DNA of 64,000 nucleotides from the IMG/VR virus record IMGVR_UViG_3300045988_176782, positions 103,279 to 167,278 of that record; one strand, written 5' to 3'. Below are positions 46,604-52,696 of the stretch, in pieces. A model generated the notes under the pieces. It did not search any database, was not told the origin of the DNA, and saw only the letters and a program-made list of their open reading frames with translations. Position 1 is the first letter of the stretch; each line of letters opens with the position of its first letter. Source of the stretch: a virus. Made by a program: the position numbers and the translations under genes.

Positions 46604-47164
46604 ATGACGCCTAAAGAATTGGGTCAATTATTTGTTGATTTAATAGAAATTGATGATAATGGTTGTTCTCCTCAAATTTATATGAAAGATTTAGTTGAAA
46701 TTGAACCAGAATTTCGTACTACTAATGGTTCTCAATGGAGCCGAGCTAATGGTTGGCTAGGAAAACAGTATTTAATTCAAAAAACTTATAAATCTGGACG
46801 AGTTGATTCAATTCAATTAGTAGGCAAAAATACTTCAAATGAAAATCATTCTGTTCCTGCAGAAGTATATGCTTATTATAAAGGAAAGCCTTGTGTTTTC
46901 ACAGGAACAACAAACAATATTGAAATTGACCATAAAAATGCTCGTTATAATAATTCAGAATATACAATGGCCGATTTTCAGCCTGTATGCAAAATGATGA
47001 ATGATATTAAACGAGAAATTTGTAAAAAATGTCGTCTAAACAAACTTAGGCCAAAAGCATCTTCTCTTGGCTTTTTAAAAGATTTTATTTCTGGCGACGA
47101 AAAATCTGAAACTTGTCAAGGATGTTATTATTATGACCCAATTGAATTTAGAAGAAACCTATAA
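46604..47164 (+). CDS. HNH/beta-beta-alpha-Me nuclease-like protein (candidate restriction endonuclease)
   Basis: NNIEIDHKNARYNN plus Cys pairs CKKC...CQGC. Overlaps the methyltransferase gene. Confidence 0.45.
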   Translation: MTPKELGQLFVDLIEIDDNGCSPQIYMKDLVEIEPEFRTTNGSQWSRANGWLGKQYLIQKTYKSGRVDSIQLVGKNTSNENHSVPAEVYAYYKGKPCVFTGTTNNIEIDHKNARYNNSEYTMADFQPVCKMMNDIKREICKKCRLNKLRPKASSLGFLKDFISGDEKSETCQGCYYYDPIEFRRNL

Positions 47165-47861
47165 AAATCAAAGCTGTTTTGAGTTCCTTCCTACTATTCC
47201 TTCTAAATCCATTAATCTTATTCTAATTGACCCGCCATATGAAATTTCTCGCGCCACTAATTTTCAAAGTGGAGAAGAAACTGGAACTGATACTGACCGT
47301 TTTCGTATCTCTATGGATTTTGGCGATTGGGATAAGAATTTTTTTGGCTTAGAAAAGGTTTTTAAAGAAGCACAGCGGATTTTGGTTGATGGCGGCACAA
47401 TGATTTGTTTTTATGATTTATGGAAAATTGAAACAATTAAACAATATTATGAAAATAATAAGTTTAAACAAATTCGCTTTCTTGAATGGATTAAAACCAA
47501 TCCTGTGCCAATTAATAGCAAAATCAACTATTTAACTAACACTCGTGAAGTTGCGGTTTTGGGAATAAAAAAATCTAAACCAACTTTTAATAGTTCATAT
47601 GATAAGGGAATTTATGAATATCCTATTTGTCATGAAAAAGGCCGCTTCCATCCCACACAAAAGCCATTAGAGTTAATGGAAGCTTTGATTCTAAAACATT
47701 CTAATGAAGGCGACACTGTTTTAGATTGTTTTGCAGGAAGTGGCACAACTGGTGTTGCTGCGATTAAAAACAATCGGAAATTTATTGGTTGTGAAATTTC
47801 TCCAGAATATTATTCTCAATCTTTGGAACGACTAAAAAATTTGACAAAAATGAAAAATTAA
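47133..47861 (+). CDS. DNA methyltransferase, beta-class (N6A or N4C)
   Basis: LILIDPPYE (motif IV) near the N-terminus, and VLDCFAGSGTTGVAA (motif I) near the C-terminus. Confidence 0.8.
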   Translation: MTQLNLEETYKNQSCFEFLPTIPSKSINLILIDPPYEISRATNFQSGEETGTDTDRFRISMDFGDWDKNFFGLEKVFKEAQRILVDGGTMICFYDLWKIETIKQYYENNKFKQIRFLEWIKTNPVPINSKINYLTNTREVAVLGIKKSKPTFNSSYDKGIYEYPICHEKGRFHPTQKPLELMEALILKHSNEGDTVLDCFAGSGTTGVAAIKNNRKFIGCEISPEYYSQSLERLKNLTKMKN

Positions 47862-47869
47862 ATTATAAT
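47841..47869 (+). promoter_or_regulatory. promoter TTGACA-N17-TATAAT for the tRNA island
   Basis: -35 at 47841-46 (inside the end of the MTase CDS), -10 at 47864-69. Confidence 0.65.
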
Positions 47870-47882
47870 TAATACATAATGA

Positions 47883-47945
47883 ACGGCAGATACAGCAAAT
47901 TTTTAAGCTTGTGATTAGGGATTACAAATGCGATTTCCTGCCGTG
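47883..47945 (+). repeat. AAGAC..GTCTT-type element, covarying variant (E3)
   Basis: ACGGCAG-ATACAGCAAAT...CTGCCGT-G: same core, different but complementary flanks. Confidence 0.6.
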
Positions 47946-47950
47946 TTTAT

Positions 47951-48024
47951 AGGCGAATAAGATAATGGTAGTCCCGCGCTCTCCAAAAGCGTTCGTCCCT
48001 GTTCAAATCGGGGTTCGCCTGCCA
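47951..48024 (+). tRNA. tRNA-Trp (CCA anticodon), CCA end encoded
   Basis: Acceptor AGGCGAA/TTCGCCT. Anticodon stem GCGCT/AGCGT, loop CT-CCA-AA. T arm CCCTG-TTCAAAT-CGGGG. Confidence 0.75.
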
Positions 48025-48029
48025 AAATA

Positions 48030-48108
48030 AAGACGCATACAGCTAATATTTTGGTTAAAAAGTTTTCTACAAAAAAGCTTAAGAGATTCAATTTCTCAAT
48101 GCGTCTTG
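48030..48108 (+). repeat. AAGAC..GTCTT element copy (E4)
   Basis: AAGACGC-ATACAGCTAAT...GCGTCTT-G-TTTTT. Confidence 0.6.
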
Positions 48109-48115
48109 TTTTTAT

Positions 48116-48190
48116 GGCTCGTTAGCCTAGTGGTTTAGGCAGTAGACTGTTAATCTACCTAGGCTGGTTCAATTCCAGCACGAGCCTCCA
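48116..48190 (+). tRNA. tRNA-Asn (GTT)
   Basis: Acceptor GGCTCGT/ACGAGCC. D arm GCCT..AGGC. Loop CT-GTT-AA. T arm GCTGG-TTCAATT-CCAGC. CCA encoded. Confidence 0.85.
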
Positions 48191-48412
48191 TTAATTCAAT
48201 AATACGCGTGAGGCCGCGGTGCATATTGGCAAGAACAAGTATCATGAACTCAGCGCCCGAAGGAGAGGTAAATATCGGTTAACTACCGAGGCGCACCTAT
48301 GTGATGAATTGGACCCTTTCAAGTTGAAAGACACCTACGAGGGAGACGACGGAATAATTGGCCGCCTTTAAACGCTTGTCCATGAAAATGGCACTATTAT
48401 TGAATATTTAAA
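48191..48412 (+). ncRNA. structured RNA of about 220 nt closed by an 11-bp helix
   Basis: ATTCAATAATA (48194-204) pairs with TATTATTGAAT (48395-405). The interior is visibly GC-richer than the genome, with several complementary segments. No ORF. Confidence 0.45.
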
Positions 48413-48624
48413 AAACTCTGTCCTCAACGTGGATCGGAAAGTAATTTGCCTATTATTATAGGTAAGTCCACGACCTGATAATAGGTAAATTATGAAGTTT
48501 GTAACAGTGTTCTTCAAAATAACTTCTGAACAGCGGCATAAGAGCCACGCCAGAGGAGCGGATTGGTGTGAAAGATAGAGAGTTGCAATTATCTATTTAT
48601 TCACAGGCCATAAAGAAGTTATAT

Positions 48625-48740
48625 GCCAAGGTAGCTTAATTGGTAGAGCAATAGAGTAAAAAGGAATCTTGTAAAAGATTTTGGCCGCGATTGTTTATAT
48701 TTGGGTCTGTGTGTTCTCGGTTCAAGTCCGAGCCTTGGCT
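48625..48740 (+). ncRNA. tRNA-like gene with a 43-nt insertion in the anticodon loop
   Basis: Canonical acceptor GCCAAGG/CCTTGGC, D arm GCTT-AATTGGTA-GAGC, anticodon stem ATAGA/TCTGT, 5-nt variable region and T arm CTCGG-TTCAAGT-CCGAG. The loop is 50 nt and contains the hairpin AATCTT-GTAA-AAGATT. The 3' loop part ATTTGGG would give anticodon TTG. Confidence 0.45.
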
Positions 48741-48747
48741 TTACCAT

Positions 48748-48824
48748 TGCGGAGTAGAGAAGTGGTTTATCTCGTCAGCCTCATGAGCTGAAAAACGGAG
48801 GTTCAAATCCTCCCTCCGCAACCA
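48748..48824 (+). tRNA. tRNA with CAT anticodon (Met or Ile2)
   Basis: Acceptor TGCGGAG/CTCCGCA. Stem TCAGC/GCTGA, loop CT-CAT-GA. T arm GGAGG-TTCAAAT-CCTCC. CCA encoded. Confidence 0.8.
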
Positions 48825-48892
48825 ATAGAACTTTGAAAAACTTTATCCTTTGCCAAGTTTACCATAAAGAGGGTTTAAAGGCGAGGTCATGA

Positions 48893-48967
48893 TGCTCAAT
48901 AGCTTAACGGTAGAGCAGCGATTTCATAAGTCGTTAGATATAGGTTCAAATCCTATTTGAGCAACCA
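48893..48967 (+). tRNA. second tRNA with CAT anticodon (Met/fMet/Ile2)
   Basis: Acceptor TGCTCAA/TTGAGCA. D arm GCTT..GAGC. Loop TT-CAT-AA. T arm ATAGG-TTCAAAT-CCTAT. CCA encoded. Confidence 0.8.
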
Positions 48968-49093
48968 AGCGCTACACAGATTCCCACTAAACTACCACTG
49001 GCGTCTCAGACCCAATAGGAGAGCGGCGATATGTAGCTTGCGGAAGCGCTATATAAGAAGCGAAGTAAGTGGTGGGCGGTTTACCGCCCGATA

Positions 49094-49167
49094 TGCGGGT
49101 GTAGCTCAATGGTAGAATTCTAGCCTTCCAAGCTGGTTACGTGGGTTCGATTCCCATTACTCGCTCC
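49094..49167 (+). tRNA. tRNA-Gly (TCC)
   Basis: Acceptor GCGGGTG/TACTCGC. Stem CTAGC/GCTGG, loop CT-TCC-AA. T arm GTGGG-TTCGATT-CCCAT. CCA encoded. Confidence 0.8.
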
Positions 49168-49431
49168 AATTGATTTCAAGTAGAACAAGTTAGCTTCTTG
49201 TGAAAGAAATCTGCGCTATGACTACGGAAGACAGCGAGTCAGGGTTTGTAGAATTTTCCATACAATTCTACCGTGAACCAGTTCAATTACTGTTGCTCTG
49301 CTCTGCGACTGCGTGAAGGTCGGTTAAAAAGGTGAAGCGGGTTATTACTGCTTCCAAGAGGAGTAAGCGGGAGATGGGCGCAAAGTCTGCGGTGAGTCTA
49401 AATCCGTGCTAGCAAAATAGACCAATATTAT
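49168..49431 (+). ncRNA. structured inter-tRNA spacer (264 nt)
   Basis: No ORF. Perfect hairpins GTAGAATT..AATTCTAC and GATTTC..GAAATC. GC-richer than the flanks. Confidence 0.35.
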
Positions 49432-49506
49432 GGCTCCGTAGTCAAGCGGTTAAGACGCTGGGTTTTCATCCCAGAGACGCGAGTTCGACTCTCGCCGGAG
49501 CTACCA
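49432..49506 (+). tRNA. tRNA-Glu (TTC)
   Basis: Acceptor GGCTCCG/CGGAGCT. Stem CTGGG/CCCAG, loop TT-TTC-AT. T arm GCGAG-TTCGACT-CTCGC. CCA encoded. Confidence 0.8.
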
Positions 49507-49511
49507 TAGTA

Positions 49512-49611
49512 AAGACACAGGTTAAACAGCAATACTTATAGTGGTTAATAAAATTTTTGTTGTATAAAATTTTTAATGGGTTCAAATCCCACAAAAGAAC
49601 CCTGCGTCTTG
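49512..49611 (+). repeat. AAGAC..GTCTT element copy with inserted T-arm-like remnant (E5)
   Basis: AAGACAC...AACAGCAATAC...TGGGTTCAAATCCCA...GCGTCTT-G-TTTTTT. Confidence 0.5.
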
Positions 49612-49617
49612 TTTTTT

Positions 49618-49708
49618 GGAAAGGTGGCTGAGTTGGTTTAAAGTGACAGATTGCTAATCTGTTGAGGGATTTTCCCCTCCGGAGGTTCAAATCCTCTCCT
49701 TTCCGCCA
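49618..49708 (+). tRNA. tRNA-Ser (GCT), class II
   Basis: Acceptor GGAAAGG/CCTTTCC. Stem ACAGA/TCTGT, loop TT-GCT-AA. Long variable arm. T arm GGAGG-TTCAAAT-CCTCT. CCA encoded. Confidence 0.85.
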
Positions 49709-49711
49709 TAT

Positions 49712-49790
49712 GTGCGCGAGTAACCGAATTGGCATAGGTACTGGTCTAAGAAGCCAGGTTTTATGAGTTTAAGTCTCACCTTGCACACCA
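49712..49790 (+). tRNA. atypical tRNA, anticodon AAG (Leu codon CUU) but short variable region
   Basis: Stem CTGGT/GCCAG, loop CT-AAG-AA. Acceptor GTGCGCG/CTTGCAC has one mismatch. Irregular D arm. CCA encoded. Confidence 0.45.
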
Positions 49791-49793
49791 TTT

Positions 49794-49853
49794 AAGATAC
49801 TAATAACGATTATTATTTTCTTTACAGTTTTTAAAGAACAAGAATGTGTCTTG
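49794..49853 (+). repeat. AAGAC..GTCTT element, divergent copy (E6)
   Basis: AAGATAC...GTGTCTT-G. Confidence 0.4.
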
Positions 49854-49858
49854 ATTAT

Positions 49859-49933
49859 GGGGCAGTGACGCAATGGTAGCGTGTTAGCTTTGCAAGCTGA
49901 AAGTTGAGGGTTCAAATCCCTTCTGCTCCACCA
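49859..49933 (+). tRNA. tRNA-Ala (TGC)
   Basis: Acceptor GGGGCAG/CTGCTCC. D arm ACGC..GCGT. Loop TT-TGC-AA. T arm GAGGG-TTCAAAT-CCCTT. CCA encoded. Confidence 0.85.
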
Positions 49934-50053
49934 GACGTGCCAGTTTCTCCGATGGCCGTATAACTTAGAAATAAGTGAAGCAGAAAGTAGCTATTTTGCA
50001 TCGGAAAGCAAGTCTCCTTATTCCTTGCCATACATAAAAGAATAAGGACGCGT

Positions 50054-50130
50054 GCGCTGATAGCCCAATTGGCAGAGGCAATAGACTTAGGATCTATTCA
50101 GTGAGAGTTCAAATCTCTCTTGGCGTACCA
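50054..50130 (+). tRNA. tRNA with TAG anticodon (Leu CUA/CUG) but class I short variable region
   Basis: Acceptor GCGCTGA/TTGGCGT (3 wobbles). Stem ATAGA/TCTAT, loop CT-TAG-GA. T arm GAGAG-TTCAAAT-CTCTC. A73, CCA encoded. Confidence 0.6.
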
Positions 50131-50133
50131 TTT

Positions 50134-50198
50134 AAGACAGTTACAGCAAATCCTCAAAAGATGCGATTGTTAAAATTACGTTATTATTTACTGTCTTG
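50134..50198 (+). repeat. AAGAC..GTCTT element copy (E7)
   Basis: AAGACAG-TTACAGCAAAT...CTGTCTT-G. Confidence 0.6.
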
Positions 50199-50204
50199 CT
50201 ATTT

Positions 50205-50268
50205 CGGGATATAGTGCGATGTGCTGATAACATGCAAGTCGCGGATTCAAATCCCGCCCCTGTAACCA
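50205..50268 (+). ncRNA. truncated tRNA-like element (CUGAUAA loop, T arm, ..ACCA tail)
   Basis: Loop CT-GAT-AA at 50224-30. T-arm-like GCGGA-TTCAAAT-CCCGC. No convincing 5' acceptor strand or D arm. Alternative long hairpin CGGGAT...ATCCCG. Confidence 0.3.
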
Positions 50269-50269
50269 T

Positions 50270-50345
50270 CGGGGAATACGTCAATTGGCAGACGGCTTGC
50301 TTTGGGAGCAAGCAGCTCTCAGTTCAAATCTGAGTTCTCCGACCA
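50270..50345 (+). tRNA. tRNA-Pro (TGG)
   Basis: Acceptor CGGGGAA/TTCTCCG. D arm CGTC..GACG. Stem CTTGC/GCAAG, loop TT-TGG-GA. T arm CTCAG-TTCAAAT-CTGAG. CCA encoded. Confidence 0.85.
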
Positions 50346-50398
50346 GAGGAATTTATAATCCTTTTTCATAACAAATGGGAGAATTTCTCCCATCTCCT

Positions 50399-50468
50399 TG
50401 GCCGCAAGTAGAGAAATGTTATCTCACCGTTTTAACGGAGTAGGCGGTTCAATTCCGCCCTCGGCCAT
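50399..50468 (+). ncRNA. aberrant tRNA-like element with a 6-nt TTTTAA anticodon-type loop
   Basis: Good T arm GGCGG-TTCAATT-CCGCC and 6-bp acceptor TGGCCG/CGGCCA. The anticodon-type stem CACCG/CGGAG (one mismatch) encloses only TTTTAA, and the variable region is too short. Confidence 0.3.
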
Positions 50469-50598
50469 TAGTCGCCCTGGCACAGGGAGAAATGTGTTGC
50501 TCGGTAGGAGGGCATCCGCGGAGAATATACTATCCTACACAAAACAAAATGGGACTGATGCAGGTCCCACTTATAAGGGGAAGTTCCCCTTTTAATAT

Positions 50599-50684
50599 GG
50601 AGGAGTGGCGGAATGACGAGACGCAGTTGACTCAAAATCAACCACGAAGAAACACTGAGAGTTCAAATCTCTTCTCCTCTACCA
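50599..50684 (+). tRNA. tRNA-Leu (CAA), class II
   Basis: Acceptor GGAGGAG/CTCCTCT. Stem GTTGA/TCAAC, loop CT-CAA-AA. Long variable arm. T arm GAGAG-TTCAAAT-CTCTT. A73, CCA encoded. Confidence 0.85.
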
Positions 50685-50690
50685 GGCCTT

Positions 50691-50765
50691 AAGACAGATC
50701 AGCAATTTATTTAGATGAATGCATTTTTCACCTCCAAGGTAGGCTCTTGGTTGTATCCTGTCTTG
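50691..50765 (+). repeat. AAGAC..GTCTT element copy (E8)
   Basis: AAGACAG-ATCAGCAATTT...CTGTCTT-G-TTTTT. Confidence 0.55.
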
Positions 50766-50793
50766 TTTTTATTTCATATGAAAGGAACTAATT

Positions 50794-51033
50794 ATGATTA
50801 GAGCAAATATTGAATTAATTACTGCTACTGACATGCGAAGTTTTATTTCTTGTGTTAATAGCGATGGCACCGCAGACAAGTATACTCTTGAGAATTTTGA
50901 TGGCAGTTATCGTGCTGATGCACGTTCTATGTTAGGTGTTGCCTACGCGACCGCGGAATTTGATAGTTTATTTCTTGTTAATAGAATTCATGATGGTGTT
51001 TTTCCAAAAGGTATTGATAAATTTCGTAAGTGA
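50794..51033 (+). CDS. hypothetical protein
   Basis: Intact ORF with RBS. Confidence 0.5.
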   Translation: MIRANIELITATDMRSFISCVNSDGTADKYTLENFDGSYRADARSMLGVAYATAEFDSLFLVNRIHDGVFPKGIDKFRK

Positions 51034-51065
51034 AGTCGTAATGTAATATTACGACTTTATTTTTT
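51034..51065 (+). terminator. intrinsic terminator
   Basis: AGTCGTAAT/ATTACGACT hairpin plus a T-run. Confidence 0.75.
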
Positions 51066-51092
51066 GACAAAAGTAAATTTTTCTTTTATAAT
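51064..51092 (+). promoter_or_regulatory. promoter TTGACA-N17-TATAAT
   Basis: -35 at 51064-69, -10 at 51087-92. Confidence 0.7.
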
Positions 51093-51113
51093 AAAAGAAA
51101 AGGAGATAAAAAC

Positions 51114-51386
51114 ATGATAAAAAGTGTGCCTATTAAATATGAAGAAAGTATTGAAGTGCAACGTTTATTTCATAAGTATAATGCATTGCTTGCAGTTTTG
51201 GCTTATATGAATGATAATAGTTCTAAATATACAGATTTTTTAGATAAAAAAGTGAATGAAGCTACCGAGTTATATATTGAATTAGAACAAGCAAAAGATA
51301 AATATGGCATGCGATATAAGCCACAAGGTGATTGGCAACATTATACTTTTGACTTTGATAATAATGTTATTATATATGAGGATTAA
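51114..51386 (+). CDS. small accessory protein of the CXXX-repeat modification locus
   Basis: AAGGAG RBS; 90 aa; directly precedes the rSAM maturase (TAAATG junction). Confidence 0.5.
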   Translation: MIKSVPIKYEESIEVQRLFHKYNALLAVLAYMNDNSSKYTDFLDKKVNEATELYIELEQAKDKYGMRYKPQGDWQHYTFDFDNNVIIYED

Positions 51387-52691
51387 ATGAAAAAGTCTTA
51401 TTTAGATTTAATTGCAACTTTATATTCAGAACCTGATTTACGAAGTTGTAGAAACATTACCTTATAGGTTTGCGATGATTGCTGTTTAAAATGTTCATAT
51501 TGCTATCAAATTCATAAAAGCCACAATTATATGACAAAAGAGACTGCAAAAGCCATTATTGATTTACTATTTAGAATGTATGATGAAGATAAGCCAGACG
51601 CATTTATCAATCATACAACTCATGGTATAATTCTTGATTTTATCGGTGGCGAGCCTCTAATGAACGTTGAAATTATGGAATTTGCTACTGAATACTTTAT
51701 TGACCAATGTTTGCAAAAAAATCACGAGTGGCTTTATAATTTTCGCACAAGTTTTGCAACAAATGGTATTCTTTATTTTGAACCAAAAGTATAGGCATAT
51801 TTACAAAAATTTCACAATTTTATTTCTATGACCGTTAGTATTGATGGCCCAAAAGAAATTCATGATATTTGCCGTCTTGACCGTGATGGTAATGGTAGTT
51901 TTGAACGAGCAAGTACCGCGGCGCACCATTATTGGGAATATTATGGAAAAGATGTCGGGGGACGAGATGAAACTAAAGTTACCATTGCTCCAGACAATTT
52001 ATCTCAATTAAATAAAATTGTAGATTATTTCTTAAATGAAGGCGTTACAGTGATTAATGCCAATCCAGTTTATGAAGTAGAATGGACAGTAGAATAGGCA
52101 AAAATATATTATAATGAATTAAAAAAATTAGCAAATAAATTGTTATTAAATTTAGAAATTAAATGTAGTATTTTTGATAGCCATTAGAACGTCCCCTTGC
52201 CTATTAGTGATAATACGAACTGGTGCGGCGGTGATGGACATATGTTAGCTTTTGACCCGCACGGAAATGCTTATCCTTGTTTGAGATATATGGAAAGCTC
52301 TTTAGGTGGAGAAGTTGAGCCTTTAATTATTGGTGATACTAATGGTATTTATAATACGCCAGAAAGTCAAGAAATTAGGTGTAAACTTTGTACATTAACT
52401 CGTAGTAATTAGTCTACGGAAGAATGTACGCATTGTTCAATCGCCGCGGGCTGCTCTTGGTGCAGTGCTTGGAATTATCAGCAATTTAAAAAGATCGGTA
52501 AGCGTAGCACGAATATTTGTTGGATGCACCGAGCCGCAGCATTGGCCAATGTCTATTATTGGAATCTTAAATACCGTTTAGAAGAAAATGAAAAAAGATT
52601 CCCAATTTATCTTGAACAAAAATATGCTTTGTAGATAATACCCTCTGAAGAATATGATTTGTTGCTTTCACTTTCTCAATGGGGAGAGTGA
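51387..52691 (+). CDS. radical SAM/SPASM peptide maturase (CXXX-repeat-target type candidate); six in-frame TAG
   Basis: ORFs 51531-51794, 51828-52097 and 52197-52412 are all in the frame of ATG 51387. ITL*VCDDCCLKCSYCYQ (CxxxCxxC). C-terminal CGGDG...PCLRY...CTHCSIAAGCSWCSAWN is SPASM-like. Confidence 0.75.
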
Positions 52692-52696
52692 TATTT

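Noticed and set aside
48841-49093. Additional HDV-like ribozymes after the other tRNAs (for example after 48824, 48967, 49933, 50345, 50684).
   Set aside because: I tried threading P1/P3/L3/P1'/J4/2 onto each 3' flank. Only partial P1 pairings were found (for example GGCCT/AGGCT after tRNA-Leu), with no adjacent P3-L3-P3' and no CGAA-type J4/2.
49466-50692. ORFs 49466-49735 (-), 50398-50595 (+) and 50492-50692 (+).
   Set aside because: They run straight through well-folded tRNA genes (Glu, Ser, Pro, Leu) and have no translation signals.
40611-50765. The AAGAC..GTCTT repeat family as a CRISPR array, as HDV-like or hammerhead ribozymes, or as plain terminators.
   Set aside because: Spacing is irregular and each unit is internally complementary, so it is not CRISPR. 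I could not place P3/L3/P1' or a C-N-R-A J4/2 for HDV, nor CUGAUGA...GAAA cores for a hammerhead. The 45-90 nt loops are too long for canonical intrinsic terminators.
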